From contig MNCI01002989.1 of NCBI GenBank assembly GCA_015680685.1, positions 393,484 through 457,483 on the forward strand: 64,000 nt of DNA. The letters are read 5' to 3'. The translations under genes were made by a program, and so were the position numbers. Source of the DNA: Gnetum montanum (taxonomy: Eukaryota; Plantae; Gnetophyta). Positions 26,804-39,700 of the stretch are shown one piece after another. How positions within the stretch are numbered: position 1 is the first letter of the stretch; the number at the start of each line of letters is the position of its first letter. Below the pieces are notes generated by a model, which was not told the DNA's origin, did not search any database, and was given only the letters and a program-made list of their open reading frames with translations.

Positions 26804-27258
26804 CTTTGTTGTTTGTGTGTTGATTAGAACTTAGAAAATCTTTTCATCATTGGAACGAACCCTTAGGGTTAGTTATTTTACAATCATCAAAAAGAGAGTA
26901 TTGTACATTGAATAATCAATCATGTCTCCTTCATTTTATAAGAGTGCTTCACTGCCTAGGTCTGACACCATGAACAATCGGAGGCGGAGTGTATAGGATA
27001 ATCTGCCAGTACCCCAACAATTTTGCTTGGTATACAGTCATCCTGATGAGTATATACCAAACTTTACCTTTATCCTCCACTAGGATGAACGATTACGTTG
27101 CTGGGATTTAGAAGGTAACATAGTGTTACCCCTCGATCGCTCAATCGCAAGCATGCTTCTTTATGCTTTCACACGAATTGGTATGCAGCACTTACAATTG
27201 GAGTACATTATGCATGAACAAGATTCGAGAGATTATCGACCCATGGAGACATAATGTC

Positions 27259-28182
27259 TGATGAGTGACAAGGTACCCCTACACTCAACCATACGAAACG
27301 AGAGTAGCACGTGTGATCCAATTGAACTCTGCAGACTAAATGCCTACACACCCCATGGAACACTTGGGGTTAATCATTCGTTGTCTTCCCAGACTTACTT
27401 GTGTTTGTCACGGTGTATGGTTAAGTCCGAGGTATATGATTTTTATATCTTTTAATGTTTTTCTTCTATGCTATCGAGGTGAAGGGTTGAGAAACTAACT
27501 AACTCTAACTAATGACTAAGTCTATATTAACTAGCGTCAGCATCCATTCCCACTTACCGTACACACCTTGAACTATGCAACTGTGGCTACCAAACGCTAA
27601 TCGTTACTGGGATCACCACACGTAACGCACGTGCTCGAAGTGGTCGTATGAGGCACTTAACTAGCCTAAATGTGATGAGCAGCCAATTCCTTGACTAGCC
27701 GTACACATCCATAGATGCTTGTAATCAAGTCGTACTCATCCCGCATTCTAGGAGATAAGGGTAAGAGAGACTAATCGCAATGAGCAGCCAATTCCTTGAT
27801 TAGCCGTACACATTCGTGAATGCTCATAATCAAGTCGTACTCATGCCACGCTAATGCAGGTAATAAATAATAGGTAGGAAATAACATGTAATAAAATCCT
27901 ATTCCATGCACTGCAAGGTTTATCCACAAAGCTTGTCTTTATTGTTATACACAACTTGCGTTTAGGTACAAAGCTGCTCGAATAAAGATCCGTTCACTTG
28001 GGGACTCCTACTGCGGGCACATGGAAAATATTCTATCTCTGGAGTGATCAAACTGCCAAAGTTTTCCTACTTTAAGCCTAGGATGGGAAATAAGGGGAGT
28101 GCTGCCTCTTATTTATAGATTTGGCAGCGGACCGTGATATTGCGTACGCGATATCGCAGCTTGTGCATATCACGTTTCATCA
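27259..28182 (-). mobile_element. Solo LTR related to element B LTRs, nested antisense in the 5' part of element A
   Basis: Its left end is the reverse complement of ..tatggttgagtgtaggggtaccttgccactcatca; TG/CA ends; TSD atgtc/acatc. Confidence 0.88.
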
Positions 28183-28189
28183 ACATCAA

Positions 28190-31100
28190 AGGGACCTACA
28201 ATAGGAGAGACATTATAAATCTATGAAGGGATCTCAGGATGTCCCGTATGTCATAAATGAAAATGAGGGTAATGAACTTGCCTTAGGAGGTTTTCCACAT
28301 AACGATGTTCCTCTGGTTGACTTCGGTCAAGGAGTTTTGTATCAGAATCTTCACTCAACTATTCATAACCCATGTTCTGATACCAATGGACACAAAGGGT
28401 CTAGAAAAGGAACACAAACACATGATAACAACGGACATTCTGATTGTAACTACGACCAAGGCCACGACCACCAAAGAGAAAGTGATAGACACTGTCATGA
28501 TGATAGTCCTCCTTCCTCTTCACCTTCAAGATCTTATTCTCCCTCTTCTTTGGGATCTAAATGTAGTCGTAAAGGGATAGGCCATGAGGACAATGGTAAG
28601 CGAAACAAAGATCATAGATAAAATAGTCGAGAAAGGGGATGAGGGAATTCCAAGGAAACACATCACGAAAGAAGGAAAAGTAGGGAACAACATAGACATC
28701 ATAGATGCCATAATAATACGATCACGATGAACCCCTACTCACCACCTAAAGTATGGTAGATATAACAGAGGCCATTAGGATTCCAACAAGGCACCAAAAG
28801 GATAGTTGGATCAAAAGACTAGACATGAATAATATCCCACGATTTGAAGGGGGATACAATGCTGATCCTCAAAACCATCTACAAGCGTTTCACGATGCAT
28901 GTGCCTTGCAAAATATAGAAAATGAGTGGCAAAAACTAAAGTTATTTCCATGGACACTAATTAAGGAAGCAAAAAGCTGGTACCGGTTCTTAGAACTAGA
29001 ATCCATTCGTTGATGCAGTACCATGTTGGAGCTATTCAATGATAAGTATCAAATGTACTCCTGAGTGTCTAACCTGCGTAAGCAAATCGAAGGATGGAAA
29101 AAAGGAAGACACGAACCCTTGGATGCTACCATGGGCTGATATTATGCATTATTACATCATTGCCTTGGCCATGGTTACTCATAAAGGGAACAACTATGCC
29201 ATCCTGTAGACGGGCTTAGGTACAAGATGCGAAGAACCCTTGGGACTTATGCCCAAGGAAGGTTATCTGAGCTCAAAGCCCATAAATACAGAGATTGTTG
29301 GAGAAAGATGCCAAAGAGGAAGGTGAGTTAAGGAAAAGAGAGAGTGTGGAGGAATACAACAGAGATCCTTCCCTCCAAAAAAAGGAAGTTATATTTTGTA
29401 AAGATGAAGAAGAGTCACCACTTGAAGAGATGGTGAATAGGAAGACTTTGCCCATTTAAAAATTTGCATCAGAAATATCAACAAAGGTAGATCAAATGTG
29501 GAATTCCCTAGATGATAAATTTCAAACCATTCTAAAAATAGTAGAGAAGTCTAGAGATCAGGGTAGTGATTGAGAGAAAAGGAAAAAGAAAGAAGCTGAA
29601 TATGCACGTAACAAGGGTAAGGGCAAAGTTGTCATCATTGAGGAGGTTGTGGATTCAGACATAGACAATGATAGCAAATGTAAGATATGCCAATATGACC
29701 ATCCTAAAGGATGTTGCCTAGTAGTGTCACATTTGCAAGAGTCTGGGGTGTATGCATTAAACCCACGATTAAATAGATAGCAAGCACCTCGAAGGTTACC
29801 TTACCCTCAGGGTAATCCAAGGCAGTTCCACTAACCCTTGACATATTATCCAAGTGGAACTCCACCACAACCAAATGAACAATATCAACAATGGCAACAC
29901 CCACAATCATGGAGAATGCCATTACCACATCAACAATACCCTTACTGTTAACTTGACCCATATGGGTATTACATTTCGCAACCGATCTCTCCACGTGACT
30001 CACTAGTCACGTCACTCCTCAGCCTCACTACCAAACCCATGAGTACTATAGAACCCCTTCTCCTAGGGGTGATGTTACACAAACGAACTATCCTTCTTAT
30101 CTGACTACACCTCTTCCACCCTTAGCTCCATTACCACCTACTCCAACTATGTAGGGTGAGCTTCCTATGTAGCCACAACAACATAATGCTACAAGGGCTG
30201 TCAATCCTTAATCTAATGTTGATTCAGACAACCGATCAAAGAAAAGACCTTTCTTTAGAACCAACAGTCCAACCCAACCACAAGTGGCTAATTATCCAAA
30301 TGCCTCACCATGGTTCGAACCTTTGGAGCTTCCTTTGAATCAAAGATTGCCCCCAACACATACTATCATGCTAACCCACGCCATTATTGATTGGATTAAA
30401 ACTGGTCATCTTCGTAGAAAATTCTCTAATCTTGGAAGTCCTCTTATATATTTGTAAATCATTGGGAATGGGCCTTGCAAATCTCTTTTGGATTCATGTT
30501 CTGGTGTTAACTTAATCTCTCAAGAAATGTACAAAGCCTAGAACCTATTTCCACTAAAAAAGAGTAACATTCATTTAGAGTTGGCCAACCAGTCCATCAC
30601 TATTCCATTAGGATTAGTGGAGGACATTGTCACCATTGTTTGTGGGTGGTCGTATCCAGCCAATTTCCTAGTGATTCAATTCAACAACTGTAAGGGGAAC
30701 TTCTCAATCATAATGGGAAGAGCATGGCTAAGCACAATTGATGCATGCCTAGGAATACATGATCTTTCACTACAAATCTCAAAAGAAAATACGTTTGGAA
30801 AGATCGAGAAGAAGAAAGTTCCATGCATTGCATACAGTGACACAGGGTGCAACTGCGTGTAGAAGTCTTGGTTTGTACAACGCTTAACACTGCCTACATG
30901 CAACTAGTATGCACAAGTAATAGATATACAAAGATGCTTGTATGCAATAGCCACAAGATAGGAAGGCACCTAGTGGTTGACAATTGACCAAGAGAGTAAT
31001 TCAACTATATGCATGGAACTAGTTGAAAGCTTGACTTCTGCCTACATTGATAGCATAGATACATTAGAGCAAGTCCATCGCCAACTTCCAAGTCTTAACA

Positions 31101-34052
31101 TCAAAAATATCAACTGGGGGAAGTTGAAAATCCCTGATGAGTTTAAGCAAGAGGCCCTTGAATTAAAATCGTTGCTCATTGGTATGGAATATACATTTCT
31201 CAAGAATGGAAAACTGGTAATTATCAATGCTAAGCTCGCTCCTAAAAAAAAGAAAAATTGTTGAAAATGGTAAACAAATGGTTGAAAACCTTTGTTTGGT
31301 CATATCTCAAATTAATAAGAATAGATCCAAGGATATGTCAACATAGTATTTACACTAATCCCTCCATGAAGCCTTGACGACAACCACAAAGACGACTGAA
31401 CCCAAAGCTTAAGAAAGTGGTTAAAGAAGAAATTGAACAACTTTTAAAAATTAGGTTCATCTACCCCATTGTTGATAGTGAATGGGTTAGCCCATTAGTC
31501 ATTGTGCCTAAAAAGGAAGGTAAATGGATAGTGTGTATAGACTTTAGGCTACTGAACATGGAAACATTTAAGGACCATTTTCCATTGCCGTTTGTCGACC
31601 AAGTCTTAGATACCATTGCAGTTGGATGGTTACAATGGATATAATCAAATTTAAATAGCACCAGAAGACCAAGCCAAGACTTCATTCACAAGTCCTTGGG
31701 GGACATTTGTATATAAGAAGATGCCGTTTGGTTTGTGCAATGCCCTAGCAACATTTCAAAATTTGGTTCTAAGTATATTTCAGTAGCAAATAGGGAATGG
31801 TATGAAGGTATTTATGGAAGATTTCTCCACCTACAGAGTGGAATTAAAACAAGCATTGGACTTATTAGAGCAAGTACTAAAACACTGTGTAGAAACCAAC
31901 TTAAGGCTCAATTGGCAAAAAAGCAATTTAATGGTCCAAGAAGGTGTTGTGTTAGGGCACAAAATTTCACAAACAGGGATAGAGGTAGATCTTGAAAAGA
32001 TTAAAGTCATCCAAGGAACCACTTGTCAACCTAAAATTGTAAAAGATATCCAATCATTCCTTGGACATATTGGCTATTATAGATGTTTCATTGAGAACTT
32101 TTCGAAGATTGCAAAACCATTGGTAGAATTAACGAAGAAGGATGTACCCTTTGAATGGACTAGGGAATGTGAGCTAGCTTTCCAAACCTTGAAATAGAAG
32201 CTCGTAGAAACACCCATTCTACAAGCTCTTGACTAGTCTAGACCATTCCACATAATGACTGACACATCCAACTTTTCTTTAGGAGCCATACTTACACAAT
32301 TAGATGACTAGAAACGACCCTATTACATTCACTATGCAAGTTGAAGTATTGCTGGTACACAACTCAATTACACCACAACAGGAAAAGAATTAATGGTTGT
32401 GGTGTTTGCACTAGAAAAATTTAGGCACTATGTATTGGGCTATAAGATATTTGTACACACGGATCATAGTGTAATTCGGTTCCTAATGAATAAACCAATG
32501 GTGAGCCCTTGCATCATACGATGGCTTAGGATCTTACAAGAGTTCGATCTTACAATGATTGATCGTAAAGGCACAAAGAATGTTGTTGTTGATCATTTAT
32601 CTTGGTTACGATGGGACAACAAAGAGGACAAATATCCAATTTTTGATCGCTTCCTTGATGAAATCCTCTTTGAAAGTGTAATAAATAATCAATTAACCAT
32701 AGATACAAGTTGGTATAGTAGAATTCTTACCTATCTTCTTACACAAGAAACACCACAAGGATTAAAGGTTAAAAAGAAACAACAGTTTCTTCATTGAGCC
32801 AAATATTTCATGGAAATCTATAGACAACTTTATAAGGTATGTTCCAATGGCTTGGTCTGATGGTGTGTTCCTGATGCAGATTAATTACAAGTTCTCGAAG
32901 ATGCTCATGAGGGCCCTTGTGGTGTCATTATGCTAGGAGATGAATAGCCATTAAAATCTTGCTTGTAGGATATTATTGGCCTACATTGTTCTAGGATGCT
33001 CATCATTTCATCCAATCTTATGAGCACTGCCAACATGATGGGGGAATGAATACTAGAATGGAGGGTCCACAACAATGGATTCAACCCTTAGAACCCTTTG
33101 ACATATGGGGAATTGATTTTATGGGGCCTATTACATTGATGTCCAATGGAAAAGCATACATTGTTGTTGGTATTGACTATTTTACAAAATGGGCAGAAGA
33201 AACTATTGTTACAGATTGTACATCATCTATCACTGCACAGTTTTTTCAACAACAAATTGTAAATAGGTTTGGCATGCCTCGTGCACTTATTTCTGATAAT
33301 GGTACACATTTTACAGGTGTGACTTTTCAGAAGTTGATGCAATGCTTAGGAGTTGAGCATAAATTGACTACACCATATGATCCTCAAGAGAATGGTCAAG
33401 CTGAAGTTACCAATACGGAGATCACAAAAATATTGACATGAACCATTAGTAAATATAGGTGAGACTGGAGCACCAAACTGAATGATGCCCTTTGGGCTTA
33501 CCACTCCATGTGGAACTACCTATAGGCTATTCTCCCTATGAGTTAGTGTATAGTAAACTTCCAACACTTCCTATCCAAGCTGAGCTCCGTACACTATCTA
33601 CAACATGCGACCTTAACCTTGACCTCAATCTAGTGCAAAAAGAATGGTTAATGAACCTTAACTTGCTAGATGAGAACTGATTAGCCACCCTATCATCCAA
33701 CAAATTGCACAAGGCCTTCAACAAGCAACTTCATGACCTAAGGATTAGGAAAGTCAAATACCAACCAGGAGATAAGGTTCTGTATTGGAATCCCACACAT
33801 GTGCCACAACGAACTAAATTTCAAACACTGTGGAAAGGACCTTATATCATTCATGAAACTTTCCCTTCAGGGGCCATGATGATCTATAAACCTAAAAGCC
33901 TGGATAGGAAATTATTAGTCAACATCCAGCAAACCAAACCTTTCCATGAGCCTAAAATGGCTAGTACTAATACTTCCTCTATTAATGGACAACCTTGCTC
34001 ATTATTTCGGATCTCCTCCTTCCAACTCAGTCGTGGGGGAGATGGCCACTAA
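28190..34052 (+). pseudogene. gag-protease-RT-RNase H-integrase of element A, disrupted
   Basis: Gag IPRFEGGYNADPQNHLQAF..KLKLFPWTL..AKSWY; protease LLDSCSGVNLI; RT IYPIVDSEWVSPLVIVPKK, VFMEDFS; RH VVFALEKFRHY..VHTDHS; INT WGIDFMGP, LISDNGTHF, WKGPY. Confidence 0.9.
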
Positions 34053-35754
34053 TGCTAACCATTCTAAAGCCCTCAATTCCTTTGTCTTTTTTTTTTTTAC
34101 CCATTTTTGTTTCACACATTTTTCATATTTGCTTGTTTTTGTTTTACACCATTGTTAACATTTTTACTATTCCTTTATCTATTACATTTTTTTAATCTAC
34201 TCTCAGTCATCAAATAATAAGTGCTCATGATGGTGGATTGTATTATAATAGTGTGGATTGCTAATGTTTGGCTTTTACCTTTGACTTTCAATGTTGATGC
34301 TAAGATATGGGTTCTTTTGATAAAACAAGCAATGAGTCCACATCACCCATTCATCCATACAACTCTATGGTCTCCCTATGTTTTGGAAATGTAAATGTCC
34401 CTTTTCCTAAGTAAACTTATTAATGAATTGGTGGCTTGGTATTCTTGAAACCAAGAAAAGATTTCAATGGATTGAAAAGGGTGTGACTTCAAGGGGTTTG
34501 ATGCATTTGTGTTGGCTGTTCTCTTGGGTACTTGGATGTTTTTCATAGGTTTTTCGCCATTCCACTATTGACCAATATCAGAAAGTCAACTAAATCAAAT
34601 AAGTCTTTACATGGTGTGGTTCTCATGTAAAAAAAAAAACTCTAAAAAAAACTAGTGAGAATTCAAAGCACACCCCTTAGAAATAATAAAGAAACATGGG
34701 GTATAAGCACTGGTTATGGCACTGGAAAGACATGTTACCCATGCCTGAAGGTTTCCTCTAACTAAGGCCCATTTCTCACTTCCTACTCCTCTGTTCTTTC
34801 TCTTGTTGGAATGGTGGTGGCTCTGTGGATGCATTCTTGTTGCTTTAGGAGGATGGGTTGGTCAAGTATGTCAATGCAAGGTCACTGGATGTGCTTAGTC
34901 TTAAATCAGGATTTGGAATAAATACTATTAAGTTACCTTAATCACATACTACACAAGGGACTTTACACAACCTTGATTTTGGGATTCCATTCCATTCCAT
35001 TCTTTATTTTTGTATTGCTTTCCATATTCCACCTCATTGCTAATTTTATGATTAGTCTATATCTTGGTTGACGCATTGTTATTCTTTGGTAAAATCTTGT
35101 GGGTAAGTTCTTAACTATTGTTTCCATATGTCATTCCTAGAGCCTACAAACACTTTGGTTTGTAGGTTTGTTAGGGCATAAAGGGAATGAGCCTGCATTG
35201 GGGAGGACCCACTAGCATTCCTTTTTGGTGCAATTGTTAAGATTTATCCCTTAAACATTTCTTGCAATCAACTATTTCTTGTTTCACCCCATCAATGGCA
35301 TCCATTTTTGTTTTGTCTTAATAGATTCACCGTTGTTAGTTCTCTCATCTTTTTTGTTCTTTTGATTTTTATCTTATTGCTACTGAAGGTTTGCTCTTAG
35401 TTGTGGAGGTCCTCGTTGCAAATTTTTTTTCCATTTCATTACTTATCTCACCCCTACACCTTGTGTAGTTATCAGTTGCAAACCTCTAACCTAGTATTTG
35501 CCATACCCACAACCTAGCCAATGTGCTTCATATTGAGGTAGGGTATCAATTGCATTATATCTTATCTATCCTTGCTAATTCATGACTATGTTGTGTGTGT
35601 AGATGGTGATCACATGAACAATGGACTGGGAGAGGAGGGAGCAATTAGGATGGACTAGAGCTGGAGCATTTACACGAAGAACATGCTTAATCTTGTGGTT
35701 AGGAATGAACAACGGTGTGCACAATTTTGACAGCGGCAACAACGCACCTCATTT

Positions 35755-35756
<2 letters not shown>

Positions 35757-35794
<38 letters not shown>
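35757..35794. repeat. (CT)n microsatellite
   Basis: direct reading. Confidence 0.95.
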
Positions 35795-35796
<2 letters not shown>

Positions 35797-36011
35797 AAGC
35801 TATCAAATAAGGGTCTAGATGTCATCTATGTATAGTGTTCCCCACAATGGTTATGAACACCAATGCTATAATATGTTTGTCAATCTGTTTACCAGGCACT
35901 TTGAGTCTATCACTTCATGTCACTGTTAGTTGTCACTTAGTCAATAATCCCATACCTTCCCAATATTTTGTAAGGAACTTGAGGATGAATTTTCATTCAG
36001 TCGTGGGGGTA

Positions 36012-36730
36012 TGTTGAGTTGCAATATTGGGACCGCGATATCAGATTCACGATATTGGAGCCTGCCAAGCGATATCGGACACCTGATGTGAGAACCTGTC
36101 TCATTGCCTATAAATAAGAGACTGGGACACTTGGTTTGGTAGTTAGTTTTCTTAGTCCCTTACTTGAACTCTTGTAGTTTTTCCTTTCTAGAATTCGAAT
36201 TATTTCTGAGTGTCTACAGTAGGAGTCATAAAGTGAATGGATATTTATTTGAGCATTGTGTACCTAAGCACACCTTGTGATGGGAAATAAAGATGAACTT
36301 TGTGATAAGCCTTGCAACATTCAGAATAGCTTATTTATTGCATTTAATGTTATTTACAGTTGTTTAATGCTTTTATCAGTTAATTGATGTTGTTTTTATA
36401 GAATTATTAATTTTCAACAAGTAAGCACACTCAGTATGACCACTTCGAGCATACATGGAACATAGTTAAATTAAATTAGTTACTCACTTATTTCATTTCT
36501 CCACATTAAGCACCAAGAACATAAAACATAAAAAGCCATGAAAATCACATACCTCAGGTTTACTTAACCATACAATCATGTTGTACAAGTAAGCTTGGGA
36601 AGACAACGATCACATAACCCATCCTTGTTCTGTGAAGGCGCATAAGAACTTAGTCCTTGGAGTTCGACTAGATCGTGTGTGAACGCTTGTATTTGTATGG
36701 TTGGGCGTAGGGGTACCTTGCCACTCATCA
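36012..36730 (+). repeat. 3' LTR of element A (internal deletion of ~115 bp relative to the 5' LTR), preceded by PPT cagtcgtgggggta
   Basis: Direct repeat of 25963-26784. Confidence 0.92.
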
Positions 36731-39700
36731 ACATTACACCCTACTACTACACTGATTTCAATCATGCCTACTTGTATTTCCTACACTCAAGCTTCATTCT
36801 CTATGTTTTATGTCATTTTTACTATAGCCAAAAACATCATTTTCACAATCGACTATACTTCCTCACTATTTCCTTCTCCTCCATTGTCATTGGAAATCTC
36901 ATAATAAATTTTAATAGCTGATGATAATCAAGTACATTATCATTATAATAAAATCATGCATTGTACTAAGATCTATGAAAACCTTCAGTGTTGTAAAATC
37001 GTACCTCCCATAGAGCTATGCAGACATTGTCGATGTCATAAAATTCTAACTTTCGCAAAAGTTTGTGAATACTTTCATTGTTGTAAAATATTTCCTTCCA
37101 TTGAGCTCCGAATGATATCACCAACACTGTCATATCTTACCTTCCATAGAGCTTTGGCAAATATAATCAACACTATTGGTCCATCTCCTTAGTAGTTTGA
37201 CAATGATCACATTTTATGTTAATTGATGGAATAATTAGAAATTTTTCTTCAATTAACTAAAATTTCAAGCATGTTAAAAATACGAATAAAATTTAAATTA
37301 TAAAATGGAGAGAAATTTTTTAAAAGGAAAATTTTGTGTATTAGCAGCAACTAGGATAAAAATTCTATAATTATGCATCCTAGAAGAGTACATAGATGGT
37401 TGACATCTTGGGAAGTCTCATATTCCATGTCCAAAGTTTTAGACCTCAAAAGCCATAACTTTAGATTCTACATGGCTTTTTTAGCAAACGAAGAGTCATT
37501 TTCTACATATTTCAACCTCCTCTATAAAAACTTAATGATAAAAAGTTGAAGCTTAGAATCTAGCCCAAAACCTTTTAATTATTAACCTCAGCATCTTATT
37601 CTTCATATAGATAATCACCAAAGCCAAGCTTATGGTTGTTAAAAAATTAATATACTTTGATTATATTTAACTCTTTTCATTAATAAAAATAATAATTATA
37701 AATATATTTTGAAAAAAATTAATATTTAAACTTTAGCATGAACCCTTAGGGTTAGGGCCATCAACATGTTGTGATTGGCTATGCACCACTAGTCATGTAG
37801 CCCTATGCAACCTCATGCCATTTGCATATCATCTATCACTACGTTCATGTCTTTTGTTAACCCTTAGCCTTGATGCAGCATTGCATTTGTTGCTGTGCCA
37901 CCTCTCTTCTACCATGCCATTCCTATTGCACTATCTAGCCTTGCTACTACTATATTATTATAAGAAAATGTTTTTTATGGCCCATGTGGTCCTCATTCCC
38001 TCATCAACTTTGCATCCTTCTAGGGCTACCACTACTAGCAAGGCTAGCCACCATGCTATCAGAAGCCATCTTGAAAAGTTTCCATCAGTAGGAATAGTGT
38101 AATGTGGCCATGATTGATCTTGCTATTCTATATCATCCTCTATAGTGGTAGGTAATAGATTGTGGCCAAGTAGAAAAAAGAGAAAATCTCATGATTAGTG
38201 TAGTTAAGGCCCTTCACTGTAGCCATGCTTCCACCGGCATGACCTGCAACCTTGCATTATCTTTCCATAGCCATTGCATGTTATTTCACCCTTTGTCCAC
38301 TATGTGCACCATTTTTTCATGCAACCCATGCTTTGTTCCTTTGCTACTACCCTTGAACCATTGTTCTTTATTCTACATTCTTCATGTGTTATCATCCTAC
38401 ACTATCCTTGTCAAGCACTACAAACTATTGCTATGTTGATTTTGGCCACACCTACCTACATGGCATGCCCTCCAATGTCATCCTTTGTGTTTTTTCCTCA
38501 TTATTTCCACTACCATGCATGCCATTTTCTTTGCCTCCACCTTCATAATCATAGAAATCATTGTCAAAAATCTTGTCTTCCACATAACTCCATGGATATT
38601 ATTAGTACTATAATATTGTACCTCCCATGGAGATTTGTGGATATATCAGTGTCATAATATTTTTCCTTCTATAGAGCTATGCAAACACCATTGTTGTCAT
38701 AAAATCTTGCCTTTCAAAGGATTCCACTAAACACTACTAGTATTGTAAAATATTATCTCCCATAAGGCTCTGAAGGAAACCACTAGTGCCACCAACCTAC
38801 CTCCTTAGTAGGTTTGGTAATGAAAATTTATTTTATTAACTGAAAGAGAAAATTAAATCTTTCTATCATTTAATGAAAATTTCAAACATGTTAAAAATAA
38901 GTGGTAAAATTTAAATTTAGAAACATGGAGAAAATTTTTAAAAAGAAAATTTGATGCATTCATAGAAACTAGGACCAAAATTCCATAATTAAGCATGCTC
39001 ATCATGTAATAGTACTAGGATGATTGAGCTATTAGAAATTCTCATTTTCTATTCCCAAGGTGTTAGATTTTCTATTCTCATTTGGGAATGTTTTTCAGCA
39101 AACAAAGAGTCATTTTGTATAGATTTTGGCCTCTCATAAAAAAACTTAATGTAAAAGATTTGGATCTAGTGAGTAAACATAAGACCTACTAATTATGAAT
39201 CTTGAACATCACATTCTTTATATACATAACCATCAAAGCCAAGCTTTTTCTTGTTAAAAAATTAATACACTTCAATTATATTAAAATTTTTTAATTAATA
39301 ACAAAAAAATAAATATACTAAAATTAAAAATTAAAAATTAGGCATTTTCACTTATTCTTAGGGTCATGGTTAGGTAGTCGTTGTGGCTAGCTATGCCCTA
39401 CATGCCATGTAGCCCCATGCAATAGGCCCATGTGGCTTCTATATCATGTACTACTTTATGCATGCCATCTAGCAAACCTTGGCGTCATTGTATCACTCCA
39501 ATCACTATTGCACTACCTCCTTTCAATTGCATCATTTCTACCACACTACCTAATCCTACCATTGTTGTGTCGTTACAACCAAACATTGTTTAGTGTTCAT
39601 GCAACTCTTCCATGGCCATCTCTTCCTTGCACACTCACATCACTTTGCACTTACTCCTACTAGTAGGACTAGCTTGGTTGTGATATGGCTATCATGCTAC

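Larger units (their letters stand above)
25963..36730 (+). mobile_element. Athila-like Ty3/gypsy element A (gag-pol, no ORF2), full length, decayed
   Basis: LTRs 25963-26784 and 36012-36730 (TG..CA), PBS, PPT, degenerate TSD gcatc/acatt. Confidence 0.92.

Noticed and set aside
34720-34755. Hammerhead ribozyme (ctgaagg / gaaa)
   Set aside because: The CUGANGA core and three-helix arrangement are not present.
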